This document shows positions 12,742-27,194 of a stretch of DNA of 64,000 nt, piece by piece (the first letter of the stretch is position 1; every line of letters starts with the position of its first letter). Position numbers and translations under genes: made by a program. The stretch comes from Bispira polyomma (Eukaryota): the NCBI GenBank assembly GCA_965649765.1, contig OZ287756.1, positions 30,566,001-30,630,000 of the forward strand, in the 5' to 3' direction. The notes under the pieces are model-generated. The model saw only the letters and a program-made list of their open reading frames with translations, did no database searches and was not told the origin of the DNA.

Positions 12742-12865
12742 GTAAGGCTACAGTAAGACTACAGTAAGGCTACAGTAAGACTGCAGTAAGGTTACAGTAA
12801 GACTACAGTAAGATTACAGTAAGATAACAGTGAGGCTACAGTAAGACTACAGTAAGGCTACAGTA
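12742..12865. repeat. 11-bp minisatellite (gtaagRctaca) x ~11, inside a dispersed repeat with relatives at ~20720-21000 (-) and ~42290-42500
   Basis: Directly visible tandem units. The flanking tgtctcactgYRgtctcatggctgtc motif recurs in the other two loci. Confidence 0.9.
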
Positions 12866-14117
12866 TACCATTGTCCCATCCTTGCCTCCATCATGTCTCA
12901 CTGCAGTCTCATGGCTGTCCCATCTATGTGTCCTGAGTGTTATTGTTTTTTTGCCAGGTGACTACAACAATGGAGGCAATCTACAACAAATTATCACAAC
13001 ACTGTAACATATTTTGTCACCTATGGGGGATACTTGCAAATAAAATCACATGGGTTTAGTATAGTTTTAGCTTTAACATAAATATAAATAGAATATGTTG
13101 TATTGTTAGGATGAAAAGGATATGTTGTATTTTATTTTTTTTTCAAATGAAGTTAATTATTTTCTGATAGAAAAAAAATTGAAAATAAAATAATTAAATG
13201 TATTTATGCCAGATATGCTTTGATTAATTGAAAATGTGTAATGGCATACAAAACTAGATTTGCACAAACTACTAAAAATCGATAAATGCATACAATTCAA
13301 TTAGTATATTGCTGGGTAATTATACAGCATTAATTATTATACTATGGATATAATCAATTAAAAATAGCAGGATTATCTAGGTGTTACCAGCATCCAATTG
13401 AATATAAAAGGTGGGTCATGCTTAAATATGGCTAAGGACTTAAATACCTCTCAGGTTTCAAACCAGAACCCCATCTCCATTAAGTGGAAGGTATAAACAC
13501 TTATCTTCATAGTCTGGGTTATCTCTACACTCTGACATTTAAAGCCCCCTATCAGGAAGGTATTAACCCATTACACACCATCTAAAAACATCAATAATGT
13601 TGTCTGTGTTGGAAGACGAGAGATCAATGGCACTTCAAGAAAAGACGGTATTTGGGAAGAGTACAATTAGTGAACACAATTATAAGTCATTGTCATGAAT
13701 ATATAATATTGTGCTGTTGTATTGTATTTCATATGTTTAACATGCTTTATTAATGCGAGGGATCATCTAAATCACAACAGCAGAATCAATCAACCAATCA
13801 TAGGTCCTACAACATAGCTTTGGTCGTTATCTGCAGTCTATGGCATGTTCACACATTGTAGAAGGAGGTTATCCTACCAATGAACCTAGTGGCATTTGCA
13901 GGAGTTGTACTGGGAACCTTCTGATCACCAGACAAACTCTGGCTACTGAGAGTTGAACCACTGATCTGCTGATTAAAAGACCAACTCCTGAATCTCTAGG
14001 CCACATATATGTTGCTTGATTGGTATAACTAGATAATGTTTGGCTTTGTATAAATACTTTACTGAGTATTATAACATTTCAGCCATTATAATACCCGGTG
14101 ATATAAAAGTATATTAA

Positions 14118-14892
14118 GGCTTTAGTAAGGTAAACGCATAAAACGATCGCCGAAAACCACGTTATGTCTGTTGGAGCTTCTCAAAAACTGCACACTTTTT
14201 TTTTGTCCCCTTAAACTCGATTTATGGATAGCATATTTACATTTTCATAAGTAGAAATAATAAAGAATGCCATATATTTTAATTATATACTAATTCATAT
14301 ATTTTACGTGTCATTTTCATAAGTATTTTCAGACATACAATGCATATATAGCAGTGTGTAAATGGTAACTAAAATGTGTAATATTTTCAAAGTACATGCT
14401 TCACAAACGTGACACAATTCACATTACCAAGAAAGAATCAATACTGAAGTATTGGGCATGACTAGAAAAAGGAAAATCTCAGCATTATTTTGAATGAATT
14501 CGTTTTTTAATAAAAGCACAAAAACGGAGATAATTTTAGAAAAAAAACATTAAAGTAAGACTCTTCTGAACAGAAATATGTCTGTATTCTTTGTTTTTAT
14601 AAAATAAGGAAACATTGAAAAATGTAAATCATTAGAAATAATATACATGTTATCTAAAGTTGTTTAGTATATATAATGTCTGCATATGTGTTGAATCAAT
14701 ACTCGTATTGTGTCACAATAGAAAGGCAAAAAAAAATGAAGTTTTAAATTGTATTTGCATATAAAATTGGTTAATACTGGCACTAAACAAGCATTTTAAG
14801 TCCGATATATGGGGTATATCTACTAGAATTAATATACGTAAAAGAAGCATAATATTTCGGCAGGGCATTTATGTGTTTACGTTACTAAAGCC
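14118..14892. mobile_element. Non-autonomous TIR element (Kolobok-like MITE)
   Basis: TIRs ggctttagtaaggtaaacgcataaa / tttatgtgtttacgttactaaagcc; TTAA on both sides (14114-14117, 14893-14896); GG..CC termini; no ORF. Confidence 0.85.
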
Positions 14893-17800
14893 TTAAATGG
14901 AACCGTTGCATGACCTTGTCATCCATTTAATGTACATAGATTATCTTTACTTACAATTAAAAGTAAAATAATTACATAAGTAGTCACATTTATATACATG
15001 TAAAATAGCATCACTACATGTAATACATGCATGACCTTTATATGATGTCATCAGTTCCACAGAGTTGTTTCTTTTGTCTGGTAACTGTTTATCATTTAAA
15101 AAGATCAGGATAAATACTTTTACTTTTATTTCTTCTGCCCAAGAGGTTATATTTTTGGTCCAGATTTTTTGTTTGTTTTGTTTATTTATTTATTGCCATG
15201 GTTATACAAAAGCTACTGAAGTGATTTACATAGAATTTGTTGGCTAGAGAGACAAATGTGTTAAGAAATAAGTAATTCTTGAAATCTGGGTGTAAGGTAG
15301 GATACCCATGTGTTTTGTTCACTTTGTTACCGCTGTGCAGCTTTAACAGAGGTGTGCATTTTACAAAATGTCCTTCTGTTGATACGTTTAAGTTATCTGC
15401 CCCTTTATCTGGATTTTACTGCAATATGACAATAAAGGAGAATTATTCATCTAGCATTAGTAGATATATCACCAAGGAGGCCATATAATTTGCCCAGGCA
15501 GCACCCAGAATACCACTTGCAGGACACCTCTAGGGAATTATATACATTATTCATGTATAAGTGAACTGAGTGTCCTAATATCCAGCCTGTGAACCTTCGG
15601 ACTACTAAAGTCTGCCACCTGAGCCAGAAATGGAACAAACTCAATGGATCAGATTATTCTGAAGATTTAGAACCTGCCTTCTTTCAAAATTAGAAACTCA
15701 TCTGGAATGAAGATTGATATATATTTTATATGGAAATCACATACATGCATCTTTTAACTAAAGTTTCCAGCGAAATGGTCTCTCCACCTTTGACGTCTTA
15801 AAAAAACAACAGGTTTAAAATCAGCACCTACTGGATGGAATAGTCGCCCTGTCAGTCTTCATACTATCACAAGGATTACAGGCTTCAAAAATAACACATC
15901 TGTATCAAATCCTTTTTTCACCTTAATTTTTGTTTGTTGGCTACAACTGAATTCTGATCAGAAACCTTTCATCCTACTATTTGCAGACTATTCCATTTGA
16001 ATACTAACTGGGAACGCCTGGTCATAACATTAACATAACAACAATTTTTGACATTGGATGGTGCTCAAACTTAAGCACCTTTGGTTGTGTTCTAGTCATA
16101 TACAGCACCCTTCCTTTCAGATTTTTTAGGCTAACCCTTGCTTTATCAATCTTGAACAATACAATAATCTTCCTATTAGTTTGACAGCTGTGTAAACCAA
16201 TCAATTGATATGATGAAGCACATTGTGATTATATTGAGCTATAGTTTAATATCTGACAACTAATACCCTAACCATATCCCACGCTGCTGTTTTTTTGTTG
16301 GTGACAAAGAGTGGCCCTTGGATCATTTCAGTTAGGCATGATAAGGAAGTAATCAAATAGCAGATACCATTTAAGAGTTTCTCCTTCTAAATACCGGGTT
16401 CATTGGGTGAAATTTTGTAAAACTTTTTAATGTAAAAATTTGTATATATTGTCTGAACTTTCGCATCTTTTCTATTCTGCTAACTTTATCTATTTCGCAT
16501 TGATATCTTCATCTGAACAGTATGTACGATATGGCCACTGGTGAGGACTAAAATACAATTTCAAACTTTCGTTTTAGCTGTAGTTACCTTTAATTAAGCA
16601 CATCTAAATACAGAATAAGGACAACGGTCCTGTTTTGATGCATTTTAATTTGAATTAAAGTATAATTATATGAGTAAATATCACACAATTTAGACTGGTA
16701 ATATGTAAAGGTTTATGTATAATGTTACATTATCAGGTCAATACATGAGATCTAGCCACAGAGCACTCTTTGTACTAACTGGTCCCAAAATGGGTAAGAA
16801 TCCGATTGAATACTGTGTGGGTGAAGACTTACTGTAAGTACAGCTGACAGCATGTTTCCGCTGACCTTAAAGCTCTCACAGATGCAGTTATTTGGTGACA
16901 TTACAGATTTAAATACTTAAAGGTCGATTTATATACCATTATATACTAAATATATGACAACACTCTTTGTTTATCATTGCTTATAAAACCAATAACTACA
17001 TTCCCTCAAGACAAAAATTGTTTTCCAGTTTAGGTCTATAGGTTATATTTATACTTGGCAGACAGATTGCTGAGCATTGCTAACAGGCATCATGAACCTC
17101 TATGCAGTAGTATAAAAAAGAGCATTAAATTTTATTCTGTTCCTGTATAAATCTGTGTGTTATTATGTGACATGGCCACCATATAAGTACTAGGCAACTG
17201 AGTCAATATTTATGGTCTCTTATGGGCCTAGTGGTGAGGGAGTTTGTCTGGTGATCAAGGGATCCTCAGTTTAACTCCCATGTGGGGAGTTGTTTAGTTG
17301 ATCAGAAGGTTTCTGCTTTGACTATTGGCATGGCTTCTGCAAACACTCATATTCTATTAAAGCCCACAACTTTATTGTTTTTAAAGCACAACAATGCTTA
17401 CATATGTTCTGATGGTGATCATTTTTGAAAGAGATAGGAGATAATGGGTACACATATATACAAACATATATAAGTATATACAGAATGATAGATGTTATGA
17501 ACATCAAATAACTGTTGGGGGCAATTAAGAGTCTATCTTAGAGTACAATTTTCTCTGTCCCTTCAGGACCTCCCCCTGTAGGATCATACAATTTTGCCAT
17601 TATTCATGGGATGTTTGATATTTTACTGCTGTTTTTGACATTAACTTTTCTTCTTTGTTAAATCCTAGAGCTTGCCTGATATGGAACTAATCAAAGCATA
17701 GCCAGTTTTGTAGTAAGAGAGATATCTAAAGACACTTTACTGCCCACAGACTACCATTAATCAGGCGTCTCTGAAGAAGACAATCATTTATGGACTAAAA

Positions 17801-18084
17801 CAATAGACCAAGCTGTCTGCTGTCTTGCTGATATGGGTGAAAAGCCTATTATTTCTCACACATGATCAGTCTTTCTAATGTCAAAGTCCAGACAAAAAAA
17901 AATCATCAAACATCTTAGCATTGTGATACATCATACTTTAGGCTGATGTCTATCAACATGGAATTATGCTATAAACAAGAAGCCATTGTCTTTGTTACAA
18001 CGGAAACTGTCAGGATCATCTATCATACTATGTTAAAGTTATATTTAGTTCATAAAGCATGGGATAGAAAATCCCAATGGCCTC

Positions 18085-19740
18085 AGTCCAAGTTCTAAGA
18101 TGTGAAAGCAATAAGTTAAGATGATTCCCAAAGAAGTTTGTTGGAATAAATTTATAAGTCAATGAAACTCTGTTTGAGGATTTTATTTTTTACACGTTAG
18201 TACATATGTACATGTACAGATAAGATGTAAAGTAATAAACATTTTAAAATTATTTTGAATTTTTTTGACACCCACTAACAAGTGCCATACCAAAAACATA
18301 GAATATTAACATTAAGATCTCTTCATCAAATAATACAGTAGGATCATGTATGCAAGACATAATACTATAATGTTGTATAGTGTTTATACAAGTAATTACT
18401 ACCAGCAACATAATAATAGTATACTAAGATAATTAAAATAACTTCATTAAAATCTGAGGGACTAGCCCCATTTTAACTCGACTTTGACATAACAGAAGCA
18501 TAGGGTGTGTTATATATCCATAGGGTGTGTTATATATCCATAGGGTGTGTTATATATCCATAAGGAAACGCCTAACCGAATCTTTCCCCTGAACATACTA
18601 GCGAACTAGTTCCTAACCCAGTACATGGCCATAAACCTGGCATAAACTGATTGTTAGAATAAACACTATTACCCCTGTACTGGGCAATAATCAAGCCATA
18701 ATCATGGCCATTCAAATAACATTGCCTTACTAAGACAATTAATACACATATTTATAATCATATACATCATCTACATATCCAGAAATGTTTAAATACTTGA
18801 AGCAAGCTTCTAATAATGGCGACCGCCCAAGAGTGCCCAGCTCCCTTGGAGCTGGTCTATATTACTCTACATCCTGTAGGTGGGGAAAAGGGAAAGTAAA
18901 TGGTGTAAGAATCTAAATTATTAAATTTTTGTTATTTAGCAATATTAGTGCACTGCAGTTTATAAATATATTTTATCATTTATTGAAGTACTTGAAGCAA
19001 ACTTCTAACATTAGCGACAGCCTAAGGGTGCCCAGCTACCCTAGAGTCAGTCTATATTACTCTACATCCTGTAGGTGAGGAATAATCTTAAAGAAGGGAT
19101 AAGATGTAACTAAATCAGTAATTTTACCGTTAACATAGCCATACCCCTAACTTACTTATCCCTAATTCACAAGGTCAAGCAATGGGTGACTTGGCCTTAT
19201 TGTAACAATGGAATGAGTAAGATCCCTCTGGAAACTCAAAATTTTTCAAAGAAGTGTACAAACGAACTATGATAAACCATACCAAATTCCAACTACAATA
19301 TTGGAAGGCAATCAACCAGCTCGGAACGGATTGAACCCCAGACCTGCGGCACCGACCCGCCTAGCCCCGGCCGGTCCCTGCTCACAGAGCTCCAAATTCC
19401 CTTGGCAGCCACGCCAAAGGCAAGTTTATGGAAGCAGGAACCGAACACGACATGGTCAAGGCTCAACTCGCCCCTAAGCCGGCTGTCCCTCAATCAAATA
19501 TACTCTGCTGTGGTAAGGGGAGGTGGTGGGTTTCAAAATGTCTGTGTTACTCGTTCAAATCTCGAGTTAATAATGCTAACAAAATGGAGGGGAGCGGTCA
19601 TGGGTGACTGAACTTGAATTTGATTGGAGGTTGTCATATAAACAGGAAAATAAAGGTTATGTGTAACCTGAAATTTTTAAGGTTGGATAAATCTTATGTT
19701 GGACTGAACTAACAGACCCCTAGAGTAGTCGTGTTGTGCA
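18085..19740 (-). mobile_element. ORF-less A-spacer-B remnant of a Ngaro-type element
   Basis: Minus strand starts caacacgactactctaggggtctgttagttcagtcc (similar to the A start caagcacgtctacttcaggggactgctatctcagtcc). It has ccaatcaaattc, cccaccacctcccc..accacagc and a B-like end (18170-18275). Absent from the paralog at ~5030. Confidence 0.8.
18500..18562. repeat. 20-bp tandem repeat x3 (catagggtgtgttatatatc); an ~85-bp internal duplication lies nearby (18795-18880 / 18990-19078)
   Basis: Directly visible. Confidence 0.9.
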
Positions 19741-22700
19741 TTATCTTTACCACTGACATACACTGCTTAAAGTGGACCATCTGATAGCATATGTAAAGTA
19801 AACTAAATGGCATGTTTGATTAAAACACCCATTTTCTGGTAGTTATTTGATGTATAAGGTAAATACTCATTACAGTAAATCGCATGTAGCTTTTTCCAAA
19901 ACTGCCACATTTATTGGCTTCTTCACTGGTCCAAGCCCTGGCCACCACACAAAATCACAAGTGTGTTTTGCTATTTTGCTAAGGGATGAAAGCATCACCT
20001 CCTTGATGGGGGTACCAATTTATGGGGCAACTATCGTAAGCTTTGGCTACCATATACTTTTTTTATAAATTACATAGTTGGAAATAACTAAAAATTATGC
20101 CAGCTATCTCTGATGACAATTAGTAATCAGAAAAGTAGTCAGCTCCAAAGACATGTTACGTTGTGACAAAACAATTACCATTTTTAATGCAGTCCTGAAT
20201 TTGTCAAAGCATAAGAAGAAAAATAAAGGCTTAATATTGCTGCTTTGAAGGCATAGTGAGTTTGCTATACGGGAGGGTGTTCCATTTCACGAGAGGATTC
20301 CCGGAATTATTTATTGCACAGAATCTGTTTATTCCCTGTAAACAAATATGTTGTCATATCAAAAATAGCAAATTTGATCAACTTAGTGAAAAAAGTACAG
20401 TGAATGTAGAAGGTTTAATAAATTTAAACAAAATAGAGACTGTCTAAATCATAATCCTTGTCCATATTGTTTTTTAATATTGCATGGTCTCTTTCTCTGT
20501 TTCTTTCTTGTTTTTAAGAAACACAATGACTTTTCATAATACCAAAGATGTTGTAATCTGGCACTTGGTTACAATTCAGGTACGACAGTCACAGTGGGGA
20601 ACCCATTACTCTGCATATACAGGTCAATATCACTATTTAGAACAGCAAGCTTTAACTGTCAAATCAAAGACTTTGGACTATCCTTCCTTCCTTGTCTGGA
20701 CAATGGAATTCTACATTGTCAAGTCCGTGTCACACATTTGTCACAAAAATACACGACAGCCTTGCGATTATTTGTTGGCGATTGTCTCCATTGTTTGTGT
20801 ACAGTCCCCAAGAAGAAACAACATTACGGTATTGTTGAGATAGTTTGATAACACCCAAGAGACAGAGGTGAGACAGCCATGAGACCACAGTGAGACAGCA
20901 TTGGTACAAGGAGTTGAGCAAAAGTGATTACCGAAGACAACAGAGAGACACCAAAAGGATGTTAGGAGACATCAAAGAGACAATGAGGAAAACCTTTTGC
21001 AATAACAAAAACTTCCATGTTGTCCTTTGTCACCAAGCCAATTTGCCAATGTGTGATGGGGGCTTCATCCAGTAAGAATTTTAAGCATTGTCATAGTTCA
21101 TCCCTCACTAAGCTAAATGTCTGTAATGGTTTCTAAATCTCTTGTGTTACACTTCTGAAGAATCAGCTTGTGTATTTATCCTCACTGATTCCGCCATATA
21201 GGGAAAATTGATATAAAAGAGAAAAAAGAACTGATTACACTCCATGTAAACCCAGAACCCTCACTACATTTGTTGGGTATTTTTTTTACTGCACTGCGTT
21301 TACATACTGTAGAAAACTGTCTTCAGTAGAATCCTACAAACCTACAAAATTGTACATAATTCAGGGGCTTATTGACAGGTCTTAATCATAAGCTTAAGAT
21401 TTTGGTCTTTTTAATTGAATTTTTGTTTGCCGAAAAGTTCAGATTTTGGTCGTAGTCTCAAGACATTAAGAACATATCTTTGATTAGTGTTAACTTTGTC
21501 ATTACCCATAAGACTAACAGTAGACAGTCTTAAATAGATTTTAAGCTTAAGACTAATTTAAGACTGAGACCTATTGTAAATACCACAGAAGTAGTATGAA
21601 TCATTATCGCAGAATTTGTTTTTGAAATATCTGTTCTGTAGCACAAGGATGAAAGAACAGAGATTTTCTCCAAGGCCATTGCAATAAATATATTGAAGAT
21701 AAACTTAGCTAGTGATTACCTGTCGGAAATCTGCTGTAAGATTTCTCTTGTGGGGGATATGAAATGATGTCATGCTCTGTGTTATTGTATAAACTTTAGT
21801 AATAGAATGAGTCAGAATATCGCCAAATACAAATATCCTTACTGAATGCTATATATTTAGACATTTATTCACAATTACTACAGTGCTTTATTTGTCATAG
21901 ATTTATAACAAACATTTTTTGTTAAAAATTGATATGTAGCACTGAATTACAGCAAGGGTTACACATACTATTGTAATATATGGCTTATCTATATTAAAAT
22001 GACATTTTCTATAAAGCCAGTATTTGTTTGATTTCAGCTACACCTTATCACAGTAAATATTACTAACAACTATTTATTATATTAAACTTGAGTAGGCAAA
22101 CAAGGTTAAAATTTGTTAAAAAATAAGCAATTTTTTTGTTAAATAATTGTGCCACTCAGTAACCCTTTATATAATCCAATTAGAGCAATACAGGTTTCTG
22201 TCTGATAGTATATCTGAGAAGGAAACCCTTCATTGGCTTGAACGAGGATTAAACGCCCCAAAGGCCCAAGGGGGCAACTTTATGATTCTGTCAATATTGT
22301 CAGCTGAGATTGCAAAAACAAAGTTACTTCCTTTTTTTTTACTGAGAATACTATATATGAAAGAGGGATATTGATATGTTGGTATTGTGAGCTGTATCAT
22401 TTTTGTCAAGAGAAAACTAACATAAGTATGAACCACTTTACTTGATTTCTGTGACAATTAGACTATTTATGTTGCTTAAATATTTACTTTGATATCTTAA
22501 TAAGAAAATGGTATTTAGTTCAATTAAGACGGTTTCATAAGACTCCATTTCACTTAGTCTTAGAAGAGTAGTAATGATAAATATATGGTATTTCATTAAA
22601 ATGCCATAATTACATGAAATAAACACAGTAGGAATAATATTAATAATGTTGCTGCTTAAAAAAATCACAGAAAAACACAATTGTTTTCTTCATTTTAGTA

Positions 22701-25700
22701 GTCATTAATTCTTAGGTAACTAAAAGTCAGTGATTGCTTGATTGGTATATTCAACAAATAGGGTTTACTATATATACTGAAAACTGAAGTTTATTTAAAA
22801 GTTTTAATGTGTGATAGCTAACATTTCAAGGGTTTTTTCTACAAGTTATTGTGTTTCAGTGGATTAGAGGATTACTTGTGTGATTAATACCTAAAACTAA
22901 ATTGAAATGTATCCATCAATTAGCATGCTATTGCCTACAGCCAAAGGAACATAGTTTTTTACCTTCAGAAAAAGGTAAGCACTTCTATTCTTTACACAGC
23001 TATTGTGGTTTTTTATGTCGCATTTTAGTATTCCCATAATGTATCCCCCAATATACCCACAGAGCTTTTTGAGGGTATCCCTAATGCCAGTTCCAGCTTG
23101 AATATGCAGTACAGTACCAATATAGGATTAACACCCGACAAACTATGGTATACACAGAACTCATAAACACAGGCTGTTCCATCTTTTTGGCCAATCAGAA
23201 TCGCTAGCACAGCTGTGTCAGAATGTGTTAGCATTATTATGTGGTGTGTATAACAAAAGCGCAATTCTGCATAGCTGAGGGTGCCCTAAGGGCATCATAT
23301 TCCAGCTAGTACATTATGGAAACCCCCCAAAAATACATTGAAAGAAATAGCTTGATAATCTGTTTTGATTACAACTAATGCGTAGTATATATTATTGTCA
23401 CATTCACTAGTTAAGAGGTTGCATCTGTGCAAATTATTAGTAGTCATACTCGTTGTACCTACCATAGTTTTAGTATTGGCGTTATTTTGATGCACCCAAT
23501 CCTAAAATGAAATAAAGCTCGTCATCAGGATATTTATTGCTAAAGGGATTTTTTTACAAATTTTGATGGGTTTTATGTCACTTTCAACAGCTTTGTTGTC
23601 ATATTGTAACGGTCAGGTTTAAAGGTGGAAGAAATCAGTGCTAAAGCGCTGTAAACAACTGATCTATAGTAAGTACCTCACATACTTTCCGACATGAAGG
23701 AACAAATAGGATCCCACATTGGTAAGACGCCAGTGATTGTGAAGTTACCACTTTTCACTACTATGCCACCATTGCCTCTATAGCTTAAAGGATAATACTA
23801 AAGACAATAAATCTTCGAAGGGGATTTTCTTTGTAAATCCCTCTGTTTGTATTTATAGTTGCTGTTGTCAAAAAACACTTTTCCTTGAGGCAATAAAAAC
23901 AGTGAAGTAAAACATAGAATGTCTTCCATTATTATTCTTTAAAACCTTATTCAAGCCCAACTGATACATTTAATAACAAAATCTCCAGGAATAAATATGT
24001 AACCGTTTGGTTTTAATTGCACTTATTCTGACAAAATGCCAGACTATTAGAATCATATTTGTCTTGGATTAGGACCTAACTAATACTGAGTATGATGAAC
24101 TGGTCATACAGGAACCTTATTTGTGGGAATACCCCAGCTGATAAATCTCTGTTATGGTTATATTGTCCTTTGCTAAAGCAGTTATGGAGAGATGCTGGCA
24201 TGTCTGTATGTACCACTTTTATAGGGTGTTAATTCATCATAATGTTTTATGATAAAAGCTGTAACTTTATTAGTTTTATATTAGATAGTTACTGCTTTTG
24301 AGAATAGCCACTCAGCTGACTCGGCTAAGATAGCTGGTGATTCTTTACAGGAAAGAATTAATAGCTATTAGCAATAGCTAAGGTATGGATAATTGTTACA
24401 ATATAGTATGAACCTCAGATCAGTTAGTGTACGATTATATCATTTATTCAGTTTAAGAGTAATACCTTAGTAAACTAAATTTCAACAGTTATGTTTTGTA
24501 GAATACCTATAAATCTGTGAAGATTGTGTGTTGAGTTTATCACTATAACACAACCTGAACCACTGGTGTTTCTAACCTTAGAAAGACGTGAAACAAAATC
24601 CATACATTTTTCCCACAAGTGTATAGACAATTAAGCTCGTATAAAGCAAAGCCAATGAAAGCCATGGCAACATGTTTTTGGCAACTTATGTTATGATTTA
24701 TTATTATATATGTTTGATTCTATTATCAGTAGCCCTTTAAACGTTCTTCTGTATCATCCCGTTTAAGTGGGCTACAAAGCTACCTATTTGACAAACCTTT
24801 TGTCCAACAATTGGTCTTACCAATGACATCATCACAACAGTAACCAGTTTTTTTATGTTTTCGGGTTAAACATATTAAATTTTCTGTTATTCTACTCACA
24901 ATTGCCAGTCACAAATAAAATAGATTTGAATTAGATCAATCAATAATTTAAAAAAAATTAATTCTGGCAAAGCTTACTTTGTAGTTGAGCTGGCTCAAAA
25001 AAGCCTAAGCACCACTTCTGTCTCTCTAATTTTAATTAGGGGTACCAACCAAGACATCATGTAACATGCACATAAAGTTAATTCTTTTCCAGAAATCCAA
25101 TTGCCACTCGGCTGTCATTTTAGCTTCCACTAATGCTATCTTTACATTGTTTTAGTCTTTATCAACAACAGTTTGTAAGAGTTTCAGTGGAAGCAGTTTT
25201 CTTGAGAAACACTTGCCAGTCAACTTTCCAAAAAAATAAGATGTCACCTACTTGCCAATACCAATAAAAAGGCTTATATCCAAAGGCTTATCCAAATTTT
25301 GTTTTGAAAAGGTTAAGTTCAAATAATTTTTGCAACGATATATGAGATTCCAGTCTTGTACTTGGAATAAGTTTAGCAGTTAGCAATATAAATAAAAAAT
25401 GTTGAATAAGTCAACATTTTATAATCCCACTTTTTTGTAAACCAGGGCTTTTGGTTAAACAATTGCAACACTCTATTCACCTTTCAAAACCCAATTGCAG
25501 TATTATAGGTTTCCGTCTTGGTACAGGAAGTATTTCTAACCAAAACACTCTTTGGTGGAAACTAAAAGAGTAAACAGTAAATTTATGATACCATTAACAT
25601 TGTCGGCCGAGATTACAAAGGTTTACCATTGCCTCCTTGTTATTAATTCATCAAGAAATAGTGCTCTTTAATGAAAATGGGATATTGATATGATTTTTCT

Positions 25701-26977
25701 TGAGCTGTAATTTTTTGTAAGAGAAAAGTAACATCAGTATAAATTACTTTACTTAATGTATTATATGACAGCTGTGAATATTGTAATGACTATTTTTTTT
25801 CTTTATGACATAAAAGTAGATTTACATCGTATTTATTTCAGTTAATAATCTGTACCTTTTACCAAAACTAAAAAGGTTTCATGTTCAAGCTCCCTATTAC
25901 TGACTGGTCCTGAAAGACTCATCTTTGGAGTATTAGTAATTCTGAAGACGTATTAGAAAGTCATACCAGTTATTTTACCTGTTTCATCTGAGTTAAATAC
26001 TTGAATGTGATCTTAAAAAAGAGATACCAGTTAGTCTTTGCATTGATTTTAACTAAACTACCGTTGATGGTTTACATGAGGTTTTATCTTTATTAATATT
26101 TTGCATAAAATGGACTATCATTTTGTATAGCTACTTTTTAGAATACTGCGATAAACAGATGTCTAAAATAGATGGTGCTTACAGCTTTTTAAGTAATATC
26201 TTCGACCCTTTATTTCCTTTTTGAACAGCTAATCTTAGAATTACTAAGATGATCAATATATTAAACTAAATTGTGGGATAATTAGTCATCAGCTATAAAA
26301 GAAGTCATTAATTTATTATGTGATTAAAGTTATTACGTTGTCTTTGGAATGTAATTTTTGTTCAACAAAGGAATTGCCCGAATCCATTGTAATTCTATTG
26401 TAATACCTGTTAATACATGCCACTTTTAATGTTATTAACAATTACTTAATGTATTGCTTGTCGTCCAATCAATTCTAACACTAGTTTTATTGGCAACGAT
26501 ATAAGTTGAAGTGATATTTCTATGTATAACCTACTACACCCTTTACAATATCATTCTTAATTGGTGTTAATTATTAGGTCCAGGCGTTAATGCTATTATG
26601 AATTACATAATGTGCTATACGGCACCACACATTGTACTAATGTATGAATATGTAAAACTGAATATGTCAAAATTCAAGTTTAGGATGCCTGAAATGGTGT
26701 TGAAAAAATACATATTTGGCTTTGACTTTATTATATTGCCCCAGGGTAAGTTTACCTTTTTTACTTATGTGTTCACTTAAACAACGTAATTGTATACGAA
26801 AACCTGCTTTCTCAGTGTTGCCACAGCTGTAGAGGAATGATTGTTTATATCTAATAATATATCTAATTGTTAGCTAATAAAAATATTTGTCATAGAAAAA
26901 ACTTGCTTGTCTACTATTCTGATGAAAAAAAAGATTGTGAAATGTGATTGCTATAATAATCACCCAATAGCAAGTGG

Positions 26978-27194
26978 NNNNNNNNNNNNNNNNNNNNNNN
27001 NNNNNNNNNNNNNNNNNNNNNNNNNNNNNNNNNNNNNNNNNNNNNNNNNNNNNNNNNNNNNNNNNNNNNNNNNNNNNNNNNNNNNNNNNNNNNNNNNNNN
27101 NNNNNNNNNNNNNNNNNNNNNNNNNNNNNNNNNNNNNNNNNNNNNNNNNNNNNNNNNNNNNNNNNNNNNNNNNNNNNNNNNNNNNNNNNNNNNN
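26978..27194. other. Assembly gap (217 N)
   Basis: Run of n. Confidence 1.

Larger units (their letters stand above)
15000..25350 (+). repeat. Segmental duplication family A, copy 2 (with extra insertions)
   Basis: Collinear with 1860-9700; longer because of insertions such as 18085-19740. Confidence 0.9.

Noticed and set aside
18083-19707. tcagtccaa / ttggactga as TIRs of a DNA transposon
   Set aside because: Short, the right one is internal, and homology to the Ngaro A and B repeats explains the element better.
20484-21075. Cluster of short ORFs (also 41969-42510 and other 60-120 aa ORFs)
   Set aside because: They lie in dispersed repeats or AT-rich DNA, show no recognisable domains, and are not preserved between paralogs.
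1860-25350. Duplications as uncollapsed haplotypes or an assembly artefact
   Set aside because: Copies are heavily diverged, carry copy-specific TE insertions, and third partial copies exist.
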